A stretch of 16,026 bases of DNA from a bacterium (GCA_046484135.1 JAWOBU010000159.1:1-16026); one strand, 5' to 3'. Counted from the first letter of the stretch, positions 5,745 to 14,968 are shown. The notes: generated by a model from the sequence alone, not told the origin. Made by a program: numbers and translations.

Positions 5745-7181
5745 ATGGCCGAAGATAGAAAACAAGCAGGGCAACTGCCCGCGGCCGACCCCGAACTTGT
5801 TTCCGAGCTTAAAAAGCTGGTGGGAGACAAGCAGGTCTCGGACAGCAGTCTCGACCGCGTAACCTACAGTCGCGACGTCTGGCCCCGGGCCTACCTGTGG
5901 ATGCGGGAAGGCGAGACCCCTTACGCTCCCGAGGCAGTGGTCTGGCCGCGCACCGAAGACGAGATATCCCGCCTGTTGAAGTTCTGCCGGGAAAGGGAAG
6001 TGCCGGTAACTCCGGCGGGCGGCGGCTCGGGCGTATGCGGCGGCACAATTCCCGTCCAGGGCGGAGTGATCATGGACTTGAAAAAAATGAACAAGGTCCG
6101 GGAGATCAACTCGACCAACCACACGGTGGAGGCGGACGCCGGCATCATGGGCGAGACCCTGGAACGCGAGCTTCAGCGCGCCGGGTTCTCGCTCGGGCAC
6201 TTCCCCGCTTCCATGTACTGCTCCACCTTGGGAGGGTGGCTGTCCGCGAGGAGTGCAGGCCAGCTTTCTTCCAAGTACGGCAAGATCGAAGACATGGTAC
6301 TTTCTTTGTCCGGTGTGCTTCCGGACGGCTCTCGCTTTCACAGCCGGGAGTCTCCCCGAAGCGCGGTAGGGCCCGACCTGGACCAGATCGTGATCGGCAG
6401 CGAAGGCACCCTGGCGGTCATAAGCAGGGCCCTTCTGGCGGTCCACCCTCTGCCCGACCGGCAGGAGTACCGGGGCTACCTTTTCCCGAGCATGGAGGAC
6501 GGCCTGGAAGCCATGCGGCTTGTGATGCGGGAGGGCCTGGACCCGTGCGTGGCCCGGCTCTACGACGAGTTCGAGACCGGGCTTCACCGCGAGAAATACG
6601 GGGTGGAAGGACATGGCTGTCTTTTGATCGCGGGTTTTGAAGGTCCGGACCAGCCCTTCAGCCGGGCTAAGGCCAGGGCCGGCTTCAAGCTGTTCAGCGA
6701 GAAAGGAAAGGACCTGGGTGAAGGCCCGGGCCGGGCCTGGCTCGACCATCGTTACTCGGTGAGCTATTACCAGAGCAAGGTGCTCTCGCAGGGCAACACC
6801 ATCCTTGACACCTGCGAGGTTGCCGCCCTCTGGTCGCGCGCGGGGGATGTTTATAACGCAGTCAAGGACGCCATCACCCCCCACGCCATGGTCACCGCAC
6901 ACGTTTCCCATCTGTACTCGACCGGCGCGGCCATATACTTCACCTTTGTTTCAGGCTCGGAGGACCCTCCTCCAAAGGACGTTTACGATTCGGCGTGGGA
7001 GGCTGCCATGGAGGCCTGTCTTGATAAAGGCGCCGCCATCAGCCATCACCACGGTATCGGCCTTCATAAATCGGAGTGGATGGCTCCGCAACTCGGTCCG
7101 GCACTTGGTTTGTATCAGCGGCTAAAAAAAGAGCTGGACCCCCCTGGTGTGCTGAACCCCGGAAAGCTGGGGCTCGCATAA
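5745..7181 (+). CDS. FAD-binding oxidoreductase, alkyl-dihydroxyacetonephosphate synthase-like, paralog 2
   Basis: Motifs PAGGGSGVCGG, GHFPASMYCSTLGGWLSARSAGQLSSKYGKIEDM, GSEGTLAVIS, RLYD, IYF, SHHHGIG and NPGKLGL. Colinear with 4047-5591. Confidence 0.88.
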   Translation: MAEDRKQAGQLPAADPELVSELKKLVGDKQVSDSSLDRVTYSRDVWPRAYLWMREGETPYAPEAVVWPRTEDEISRLLKFCREREVPVTPAGGGSGVCGGTIPVQGGVIMDLKKMNKVREINSTNHTVEADAGIMGETLERELQRAGFSLGHFPASMYCSTLGGWLSARSAGQLSSKYGKIEDMVLSLSGVLPDGSRFHSRESPRSAVGPDLDQIVIGSEGTLAVISRALLAVHPLPDRQEYRGYLFPSMEDGLEAMRLVMREGLDPCVARLYDEFETGLHREKYGVEGHGCLLIAGFEGPDQPFSRAKARAGFKLFSEKGKDLGEGPGRAWLDHRYSVSYYQSKVLSQGNTILDTCEVAALWSRAGDVYNAVKDAITPHAMVTAHVSHLYSTGAAIYFTFVSGSEDPPPKDVYDSAWEAAMEACLDKGAAISHHHGIGLHKSEWMAPQLGPALGLYQRLKKELDPPGVLNPGKLGLA

Positions 7182-7282
7182 ACTTAAAGCTCTTTGATTC
7201 GCCGGACGTACAAGATATGATATGTTCTGTGTACCTTGCGAAAGCGAAACCATAAACCATTATAAAAATACAGGAGGCTAAG

Positions 7283-9889
7283 ATGGGTTTTAGCATGAGA
7301 CGTACCGTCTTTAGGTTTCTCGCAGGACATCCGGCCCGGATGGTTGGACTTGTTCTTCTCGCGCTGGTAATGGCCGCAAGCTGCACCGGCAACGGCTGTC
7401 GCAGTTGCGAAAGCTGTAAGAAGTGCGGAGAAGAAAAACAGCCGGAGCCCTCGGTTACCGGACCACAAGCCGGGGCAACCGGACCGTCGGCCCAGGCGGG
7501 AGAAACCGGAGAACCGGCGCCCGGCGAGACCGTGGGCGGGCCTTCCCGGCCGGGGGCCAAAGACGCTGAAACCGCTGAACCCGCCATTCCTTCCGGCGCA
7601 GAGGAAGCCAGGGAAGAGCGTTTGAAGGCCATTACGGAAAAGGGCGAGGGAACGAACAAGCCGGAAACTCCGGCGGGCCTTAACGCCCGGGTTGTAAAAA
7701 GCAACTTTGTCGAGCTCTCCTGGCGGGACACCTCGGACAATGAGACGTCCTTCCAGGTGGACCGACGCGGGGAAGATGAGACCTTTACCGCCATTCAAAG
7801 ACTGCCCGCCAACAGAGAAAATATGAAAGACGGGCCGCTTGACCCGGACACTTACTCCTACCGCGTGCGGGCCCTCTCCAGGAAGGGGGCGTCTCCATTT
7901 GCCGGGCCGGTAGAGGTAACCATAACCACCCCGAAGGAAGCGCCGGCCGCTCCCGGCAACCTGACCGCCACGGCGCAGCCCTCTGGAGAGATACTTCTTA
8001 ACTGGAGCGCGAACTCGCAAAACGCGGGCTACTACAGGATGGAGCGCTCGGGTTCTGATACGGGATGGCTCGATCTCGCGGTCTTGAATCCCGATCTTAC
8101 CTCCTATCAGGACGTAAACCCGGAAAGCGGTGTAGAGTACTCCTACCGCGTGTTCGCCGGCAATGAAGCGGGCGAGTCCGGTCCCAGCAACGTAGCCACC
8201 GCCATGGCGGAAGAAGACGATGAAATCCCCGAGGCGCCGACTAACCTGGAAGGATCGGTTGCCGGTCCCAACCTGGTGGTCCTGGAGTGGCAAGACAATT
8301 CGGACAACGAAAATAAATTCATAGTAGAAAAGTTCCACCCTGCCGCCGGCCGCTTTATCGCAGTCAAGGAAGTGGCAAGAAACACTGCCAAGAGCATGAT
8401 GGGCAACTTAAGCCGCGGAGAAACCGGCAAATACCGGGTCAAGGCTGCCAACCTGACGGGAGAGTCCGATCCCAGCAAGAGCGTTACGGTAACCACGGAA
8501 GGCGAGGCCCTTCACACCTACATGATGGAGGTCGCCCCCGGGCAGATGACGGTGGAGGAGCCTGATGATCCCACCCTGCCCCGGCTGGAAATCCAGGACG
8601 TTCGCCAGGAAGGCGGAGACTTGGCGGCCCGCGTTACCGTCCACAATCCCAACCCGGAGGTCCAACTGGAGAACGTCTACCTTCTGGCCGCGGAGTCGGA
8701 CGCCGAGGGCATCGTTTTCAAAGACTGCGACCGAGGACCGTCGAGCTGCTCGGTTTCCGAAGGATTGGACACCGGCAATCCGGTCGGGTACCAGTACGTG
8801 GAAGGCGGCTACCTGGGCGAGGCCCCCCTGGGCGGCGAGCTGGAAACTTACGACCTGAAGAACCGGCAAAGACAGATAGCGGTACGGGACATCTGGCCCG
8901 CTTGCGGTCAGGTGGACACCGACTGGAGGATCGGAGGTCTTACCGGTCCGGCAACCATTGCCTTGAACCTTTACGCCACCCAGTCTCCCGCGGATTTCAC
9001 CAAGGACAGGCGCTACGATAACGACCTTCCCATGTTCATGATAGAGACCTACTCGGTGGGGCTGGAGGACGGAGTTCACGAGCCGGGTGCAAGGAGCAAT
9101 CCCACTGCCCGGCCCGTAAGCTCGCTCAGCCCGGGCGACGTGTTCGCGGTAAACATCTCGGTGGAAGCCGCGGACTGGATGGAGAGCCAGGGAGAAATCG
9201 GCAAGATCGAGCTCGACCCGGAAGCCCACTACGTGTACTGGAGCACCCTGGCCTATGTTCTCAACTATGACCCGGAGGTTATAAGGCCTATCGAGTCGAG
9301 CATGGTTACCGATGAAGGGGCCAGACTTCGGCCGAAGGTCCGGGACCCGCGGGTGGACGATCCCGCCGCGGACGGATGGACCCAGGAAGGCTCGTTCTCC
9401 TTCACTGCCTGGTTCCCGGACCAGGGATGGATACAGTCCATTTACTCGTACCCCTTGTTCAAAACCCAACAAGGACCCGATGGTGAACCCGAATGTGTTC
9501 ACTGCTTCGAGGAAGGCTTTCTCGATGAAGAGGGAAGATTGCAGGGACCGGACCCGGAGCCGGAAGCTTTCCTGTCCGTCATTTATTTCGAAGTGGTGGG
9601 AGACCCCGGAAGCGGATCACCACTGCGGCTCTTCCCCAAGCCGGAGACCCTGACAGACCCCAAGACGACCAACGGGACTTTATTGCCGATACCATGTAAA
9701 CGGCTGGACCCGGAAGAAAGAAAAATCCTCACCGGCAGTAGCGTCTGTAACCCGCCGGACAAGACCCTGGCCAACTACCAGGACGACAGGAGCTACCACG
9801 CCTGGAAGGAAATAAACAAGGTCCTGCCGCCCACCTTTCAGCTTCCGGGCGACTACCAGGTGCAGGAAGCTTATGTGTGCGTGGAGTGA
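7283..9889 (+). CDS. Large predicted lipoprotein: Cys-rich N-terminus, Pro/Gly/Glu linker, three fibronectin type III domains, C-terminal region with a cohesin-like pattern
   Basis: SD AGGAGG at 7272-7277. A basic N-region and hydrophobic helix end in AAS-C34. Three FN3 repeats (P..P.NL...LxW.D.SDNE..F.VE...Y.YRV.A.N..GES.PS) lie at about 7660-8500. Confidence 0.8.
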   Translation: MGFSMRRTVFRFLAGHPARMVGLVLLALVMAASCTGNGCRSCESCKKCGEEKQPEPSVTGPQAGATGPSAQAGETGEPAPGETVGGPSRPGAKDAETAEPAIPSGAEEAREERLKAITEKGEGTNKPETPAGLNARVVKSNFVELSWRDTSDNETSFQVDRRGEDETFTAIQRLPANRENMKDGPLDPDTYSYRVRALSRKGASPFAGPVEVTITTPKEAPAAPGNLTATAQPSGEILLNWSANSQNAGYYRMERSGSDTGWLDLAVLNPDLTSYQDVNPESGVEYSYRVFAGNEAGESGPSNVATAMAEEDDEIPEAPTNLEGSVAGPNLVVLEWQDNSDNENKFIVEKFHPAAGRFIAVKEVARNTAKSMMGNLSRGETGKYRVKAANLTGESDPSKSVTVTTEGEALHTYMMEVAPGQMTVEEPDDPTLPRLEIQDVRQEGGDLAARVTVHNPNPEVQLENVYLLAAESDAEGIVFKDCDRGPSSCSVSEGLDTGNPVGYQYVEGGYLGEAPLGGELETYDLKNRQRQIAVRDIWPACGQVDTDWRIGGLTGPATIALNLYATQSPADFTKDRRYDNDLPMFMIETYSVGLEDGVHEPGARSNPTARPVSSLSPGDVFAVNISVEAADWMESQGEIGKIELDPEAHYVYWSTLAYVLNYDPEVIRPIESSMVTDEGARLRPKVRDPRVDDPAADGWTQEGSFSFTAWFPDQGWIQSIYSYPLFKTQQGPDGEPECVHCFEEGFLDEEGRLQGPDPEPEAFLSVIYFEVVGDPGSGSPLRLFPKPETLTDPKTTNGTLLPIPCKRLDPEERKILTGSSVCNPPDKTLANYQDDRSYHAWKEINKVLPPTFQLPGDYQVQEAYVCVE

Positions 9890-9939
9890 AGGAGAGAGAA
9901 TTTCCGGGACAGTGATTTTCGAAAGAGGAGTAAGAACAA

Positions 9940-12681
9940 ATGAGGCGTTTATGGATAGTCCCTTTAGTGCTGGCCTGCCTGGGCCTGGCGGTTAGTATAA
10001 CGCAGGCGGAGAGAAAAGAAATCACTCCCTATCACCCTGTCCTGCCGGTAAAAGTCTATGAGTGGTACGTAAAGAGCAAGGGGTTTTCCCCCCACGAGCT
10101 CTCCGTCCATTCCATAGGCCAGTCCCATATTGACGCCGCCTGGAAGTGGCGACTCGAGCAGACCCACGATAAGGTGTACAAGACCTTTTCCAAGGCCATC
10201 GAACACATACAGGAGTATCCTGACTTCACCTTTTCCGGCTCCACCCCCCTGTATTACGAGTGGATAATGGAGGAACACCCGGACCTCTTTAAAAAAATCC
10301 AGGAGCGGGAAAAACAAGGAAGATGGGAGATAGTGGGCGGCCAGTGGGTGGAACCAGACGGCAACATGCCGTCGGGCGAGTCCTTTGTGAGACAAAGGCT
10401 TCTCGGCCAGCGCTTTTACCTGGAACACTTCGGCCACATCTCCAAGGTCTCGTGGATGCTTGACTCGTTCGGGTACAACTTCAACCTGCCCCAGATCATG
10501 GCCCGCTCGGGGGCCAAGTATATGTGGACCTCCAAGCTTACCTGGAACGACACTACCAAGTTCCCCTTCCATAACTTCTGGTGGGAGTCCCCCGACGGCT
10601 CGCAGGTGCTTACCCATATCTGCCCCATCTCCCCCTTCCCCATGTACTTCTCTTTCGGCGAAGTCGGAACCTACAAGGACACCAGGTACCTGTTAAAGCC
10701 GGACTCCGACCTGGTCGCAAACTACGCCACCCCGCAACAAACCATCCGGGAAACTCTTTCCCGGGACTGGCTGGACGAGATCGGGGTTTTTTACGGGCTG
10801 GGCGACGGCGGCCACGGCCCTCTCAAGTACGAGATCAAGGTCCAGAAAGCCTTGGCGCAAAAAGGATACACTGAATTTTCCACCGGCCTCGAGCTTTTCC
10901 AGGATATAGAGGCATGCGGCGACCGGCTGCCCGTCTGGAAAGACGAGATGTACCTCGAGTACCACCGGGGGGTCCTTACCACCCAGGCCTGGATCAAAAG
11001 GGCCAACCGCAAGGCGGAGCGGGCTCTGGGGACCGCGGAGACCCTGCGCACGGTCCTCCATAACTTCAACGTAACGTATCCCTATGAACAGCTAAAGGAG
11101 GTCTGGAAGCTGGTGCTCTTAAACCAGTTCCACGACATCCTGCCCGGCTCGTCCATACCCGAGGTCTACCAGGACGCCAAAGAGCACTACGACAGGATTT
11201 TCAACGCGCTCCATAACATTACCTACGGCGGCATGGACCGGCTTGCCGGACTTGTGACGGTTTCTCCCCCCGAGGACCACATGGACGGGATCGTGGTCTT
11301 CAACTCTCTGCCGTGGGAACGCTCGGGGCCGGTGGAGGTGCGGATTCCCTCGCAGAAGCACTGGCGGGTGATTGACAAGAGCGGCATGGAGGTCGCCTTT
11401 GAAGAGGTCGAGAAAGAGGAAGGAAGGTTCCTGGTCTTTCGGGCGGAAGAGGTCCCCTCTGTAGGCTACAAGGTCTATTACGTGGAAAAACCGGAAAAGC
11501 CGGAAACCGGCCTTCCCGCGGGACCGACGGTAACCGGGACCGCAGAGGCGTTTGTGCTCGAGAACTCGCTGGTAAAGGTTTCAGTGAACAAAGAGAGCGG
11601 TCTTATCACCTCGCTTGTAAACAAGGAAACCGGCGAGGAGTTTATTGACGGGCCTTCCAACAAACTGCTTGCTTTCTGGGACAAGCCGAAGCAGTGGTCT
11701 GCGTGGAACATAAACGAGAACTACCTCGATCATCCCATTCCCATCGAGGCTCCGAGCGAGGTCAAGATTTCGCGTGATGGCCCTTTGTTCTCCGAAGTCC
11801 TGGTCCGGAGTAAAGCAAAGATGAAGGGCATGGAGCCGACCACGTTTGTACAGCGCATCCGGCTCATGAAGAACGACCCGGTGGTCTACCTGGACGTGGA
11901 CAGCGACTTTCACATGCACGACGCTTTAGTCAAAGTCGAGTTCAACTCGACTCTTCACTCGGACACCGTGGTCGCGGACAACGCCTACCTGCCGGTGGCT
12001 CGGCCTACCCATCCGCAGACCCCTGCGGAAAAGGCGAGGTGGGAGATGCCGTGCCAGAAGTGGATAGACATCTCCGAGCCGGACCGGGGGCTTGCCCTGC
12101 TCAACAAAGGCAAGTACGGCTTCTCCCTGAACCCGGACGGGACCGGCTACCGGCTGTCTTTGATCAAGGGGGCCCATCATCCCCGGGCCGCGCCCGAGGC
12201 CAAAAACGTGAAAAGGCATATCCTCACTCCCCAGACCACCCTCACCGACCAGGGACATCACCACGTCGAGATGGGACTTTTGGCCCACCGGGACCACTGG
12301 AAGGAAAAAGCGCTCTGGCAGGACGGCTATAACTTCAACACTCCTTTAGAGGCCCGCTGGAGCGGCGCCCATGAAGGCTCTTTACCGGAGGAGGGGTCCT
12401 TTTTGTCCGTGGACGCGGAAAACGTTTACATCGGCTCCGTGAAGCGGGCGGAGGACGACGGCGACATGGTAATAAGGCTGGTGGAAGCCGCGGGAAAAGA
12501 GACCAGCGCCACCATAACGCTCGGCCAGGGCTTTAACCTGGTGTCAGCGGCCCGGACCGATCTTCTGGAATTGCACCCCGAAAAACTCACGGCATCCGGC
12601 TCTTCCCTTACCGTGAACGTAAAACCCTACGAGATCATCACCCTGAAGCTCAAGCTGTCGAGAAGACAAACCAAGCTTTAG
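9940..12681 (+). CDS. Glycoside hydrolase family 38 alpha-mannosidase with N-terminal signal peptide
   Basis: Motifs SHIDAAWKW (Zn ligands), GGQWVEPDGNMPSGESFVRQ, WMLDSFG (nucleophile Asp), GDGGHGP, EMYLEYHRG and LLNQFHDILPGSSI. SD GAGGAG at 9925-9930. N-terminus MRRLWIVPLVLACLGLAVSITQA. Confidence 0.94.
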   Translation: MRRLWIVPLVLACLGLAVSITQAERKEITPYHPVLPVKVYEWYVKSKGFSPHELSVHSIGQSHIDAAWKWRLEQTHDKVYKTFSKAIEHIQEYPDFTFSGSTPLYYEWIMEEHPDLFKKIQEREKQGRWEIVGGQWVEPDGNMPSGESFVRQRLLGQRFYLEHFGHISKVSWMLDSFGYNFNLPQIMARSGAKYMWTSKLTWNDTTKFPFHNFWWESPDGSQVLTHICPISPFPMYFSFGEVGTYKDTRYLLKPDSDLVANYATPQQTIRETLSRDWLDEIGVFYGLGDGGHGPLKYEIKVQKALAQKGYTEFSTGLELFQDIEACGDRLPVWKDEMYLEYHRGVLTTQAWIKRANRKAERALGTAETLRTVLHNFNVTYPYEQLKEVWKLVLLNQFHDILPGSSIPEVYQDAKEHYDRIFNALHNITYGGMDRLAGLVTVSPPEDHMDGIVVFNSLPWERSGPVEVRIPSQKHWRVIDKSGMEVAFEEVEKEEGRFLVFRAEEVPSVGYKVYYVEKPEKPETGLPAGPTVTGTAEAFVLENSLVKVSVNKESGLITSLVNKETGEEFIDGPSNKLLAFWDKPKQWSAWNINENYLDHPIPIEAPSEVKISRDGPLFSEVLVRSKAKMKGMEPTTFVQRIRLMKNDPVVYLDVDSDFHMHDALVKVEFNSTLHSDTVVADNAYLPVARPTHPQTPAEKARWEMPCQKWIDISEPDRGLALLNKGKYGFSLNPDGTGYRLSLIKGAHHPRAAPEAKNVKRHILTPQTTLTDQGHHHVEMGLLAHRDHWKEKALWQDGYNFNTPLEARWSGAHEGSLPEEGSFLSVDAENVYIGSVKRAEDDGDMVIRLVEAAGKETSATITLGQGFNLVSAARTDLLELHPEKLTASGSSLTVNVKPYEIITLKLKLSRRQTKL

Positions 12682-12718
12682 CCGGGAAACCCTTCATGGC
12701 TTCAGGGGAAAGCCGTGC

Positions 12719-13396
12719 TTACCTTACCTTCATGTACTTGTGGAGCTGAAGCCCGAGCCTGACGTTCAGCTTGTCTTCCAGAATCCAGCCGGCAAGCTCG
12801 GACGGCTCCAGCATCCCGTAGGCGGGAGAGAAGATGACCCGGAACCTCTGGTCCAGTTTTTTCCTTTTGTTTATGTTCCTCGACCAGGTGTAGTCCGCTC
12901 TGCCGGTAAGCACGAACTTGATGTTGTCCGTCGGTTTCAGCCAGTCCAGGTTGTCCACTGCGGTTAGGCTTGTGTTTCCGGAACCCGGCGTCTTCATGTC
13001 CATTATGATCAGGGTCTGTTGGGGGACGGATTTAATATCCTGAGTGCCGTTGGTCTCGATCATGGTCTGGTGTCCGTTCTCAATAAGTGTTTGGAGGAGC
13101 CCGCAGACGGCAGGCGTCTGGAGCAAGGGCTCGCCCCCGGTTACCAGCACCCGCCTTAGCCGATGCCTTTCGATCTTTTTTACAAGCTCCGAAAGCCCGG
13201 TCCGTTTTCCCCCCTCGTAGGCGTATCGAGTATCGCAATAAGTGCAGCGCAAGTTACAGCCGGTGAGCCTGACGATCACGCCCGGCAGACCGGCGGCAGT
13301 GCCCTCGCCAATGATGGAAGGGTACGTTTCGGTCACAACCAGGCTCTCGCCGGCACCGGCGCTTTTCGAGGAATTTCCGCCTTTCTTCTCAGGCAC
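12719..13396 (-). CDS. queE: 7-carboxy-7-deazaguanine synthase-like radical SAM enzyme
   Basis: Motifs SIIGEG..AG.P..IVRLTGCNLRCTYCDT (CxxxCxxC), VTGGEPLLQ, IETNG, MDMKTPGS and C-terminal LQLHK. Confidence 0.85.
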   Translation of the reverse strand: MPEKKGGNSSKSAGAGESLVVTETYPSIIGEGTAAGLPGVIVRLTGCNLRCTYCDTRYAYEGGKRTGLSELVKKIERHRLRRVLVTGGEPLLQTPAVCGLLQTLIENGHQTMIETNGTQDIKSVPQQTLIIMDMKTPGSGNTSLTAVDNLDWLKPTDNIKFVLTGRADYTWSRNINKRKKLDQRFRVIFSPAYGMLEPSELAGWILEDKLNVRLGLQLHKYMKVR

Positions 13397-13399
13397 GCT

Positions 13400-14503
13400 T
13401 CAGCTTCCCTTCTTCTGGTCCCGGAGCTTCTTTTTGTACTCCCACACGTTCTTCCGGTGCTGCCGGAGTTTTTCGGCAAAGTTGTGGCCTCCCTCGCCGG
13501 TGGCCACGAAGTATAGGTAGTCGTGCTTCTCGGGGTTGAGCGCCGCTTCAATCGCCTTTTCGCCCGGGTTGCAGATGGGACCCGGAGGCAGTCCGAAGTG
13601 GAGATAGGTGTTATAAGGGGATAGCCGGGCCAGGTCGGACTTCTTTATGGGCGGCTCGAAGTTCCCGTCCCCGTAGACCGCGGTGGGGTCGCACTGAAGC
13701 ATCATGTTTTTATCGAGCCGGTTGTGGAACACCCCGGAGATGGTTTTCATCTCCTTGTTAATTGACGTCTCCTTCTGGATGAGAGAAGCCAGGGTCAACA
13801 CCTCGTGCCAGGTGAATCCCATCTTTTCCGCCTTCTTCTGTCTCGCCGCGGTGGCTTCCCGTTTTCCTCTTTTCACCATCAGGGCGATGATGTCCTCCTC
13901 GGTCATGGACATCTTGAGGTCATAGACCGCGGGGAACAGGTACCCCTCCAGGGTGGACACCGGCACTCCGTACTCGTTAGACTTTTGCTCACTGGTGGCA
14001 AGCTCCAGGAACCTCTCTTCCGACCACGGGCCCAGTCTGCCCACCTCTTCGGCAATCTCATAAACATCGAGGCCTTCCGGCATCAGGAGCCGAACCGTGG
14101 TTACATCCCCCCTGGTGATCATGTCCAGCATCTGCAAGGGAGTCATGTCCGGCCGGAAGGTGTACTGGCCCGCCTGCACCTTGGTGGTCAAGTCGCGGAC
14201 CTCGGCCATTACCTTGAACCAGGTGCGGTTGGATATGACGCCTTCCGAACGCAGAAGCTCGGCCACCCGGCTGAAGTTCATGCCCGGCTGGATATCCAGA
14301 AGCCGCGGCTCCTGCAGAGCCGGATCGGGAGAGCTTATATAAGACTTGTAGTCCAGGTACTGCCAGAGGGCCAGGCCGGCAGCGATAACGAAAAGAATCA
14401 GAAAAACCTTCCCCATCCGCCGGAAGAAGACGTTCGGGAGACCTCCTTTTTCAGATTTGTCGGAGCTAGAGTTCTCCGGCTCTCGCTGGCTGTTATCCGT
14501 CAT
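13400..14503 (-). CDS. mltG: Endolytic transglycosylase MltG (YceG family)
   Basis: N-terminal TM anchor; motifs LEGYLFP, LASLIQKET (catalytic Glu), GVFHNRL, LQCDPT, SPYNTY...GLPPGPICNPG and YLYFV. Confidence 0.95.
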   Translation of the reverse strand: MTDNSQREPENSSSDKSEKGGLPNVFFRRMGKVFLILFVIAAGLALWQYLDYKSYISSPDPALQEPRLLDIQPGMNFSRVAELLRSEGVISNRTWFKVMAEVRDLTTKVQAGQYTFRPDMTPLQMLDMITRGDVTTVRLLMPEGLDVYEIAEEVGRLGPWSEERFLELATSEQKSNEYGVPVSTLEGYLFPAVYDLKMSMTEEDIIALMVKRGKREATAARQKKAEKMGFTWHEVLTLASLIQKETSINKEMKTISGVFHNRLDKNMMLQCDPTAVYGDGNFEPPIKKSDLARLSPYNTYLHFGLPPGPICNPGEKAIEAALNPEKHDYLYFVATGEGGHNFAEKLRQHRKNVWEYKKKLRDQKKGS

Positions 14504-14506
14504 TTT

Positions 14507-14968
14507 TTATTCCTGCTCTTCCTCTTTGAGCTCGTCAAGGTAGGATTGGAGTATAACCTGGGCGGCGAGTCCGTCAATCACCTTCTTGCGTTTTTGCCGC
14601 GACATGTCCGCTTCCAGAAGCACATCTTCCGCCCGCGAGGTGGACAGGGACTCGTCCACCAGGGAAACGGGAAGGCCCAGTCTCTCCTCAAGGAGTTCTT
14701 TGAACTCGCGGGAGCGCCGGCTTCCTTCGCTCTCCCTCCCGTCCAGATGAAGAGGCAGACCGAGAACAATACGGACGACCTCTCTCTCCTCGACTATCTC
14801 CCGGATACACGCAAGGTCGTGCTCCACGCCTTTTCTCTTTATCACACCGGCGCTGGAGGCGATGGTCCCGGCCGGATCGGACACGGCAAGCCCGATGGTC
14901 CTGGTGCCCAGGTCAAGCCCCAGGAACCTGCCCGACCGCTTTTCCTTTCTCTCGTTCGGGTTAGTCAT
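14507..14968 (-). CDS. ruvX: YqgF/RuvX family nuclease (putative pre-16S rRNA nuclease / resolvase-like)
   Basis: Motifs LGLDLGTRTIGLAVSD, VLGLP, VDESLST and IDGLAAQVILQSYL. Ends 3 nt before mltG. Confidence 0.94.
   Translation of the reverse strand: MTNPNERKEKRSGRFLGLDLGTRTIGLAVSDPAGTIASSAGVIKRKGVEHDLACIREIVEEREVVRIVLGLPLHLDGRESEGSRRSREFKELLEERLGLPVSLVDESLSTSRAEDVLLEADMSRQKRKKVIDGLAAQVILQSYLDELKEEEQE

Noticed and set aside
4047..7181. GlcD / D-lactate dehydrogenase assignment suggested by the neighbouring LarA homolog
   Set aside because: The HAGDGN and EHG motifs are absent; HHHG and IYF point to the AGPS-like branch.
9494..9508. Heme c binding site in the lipoprotein (CVHCF)
   Set aside because: The motif is CxxCF, not CxxCH.
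2487..9889. Selenocysteine read-through at TGA stops (2487-2489, 5589-5591, 9887-9889) given the nearby selB/selC
   Set aside because: The first two proteins appear complete at their stops, and I saw no convincing SECIS-like hairpin or meaningful extension after any of the three.
12682..12718. Bidirectional terminator between the convergent GH38 and queE genes
   Set aside because: Only a 5-bp GGCTT/AAGCC stem, with no U tract on either strand.
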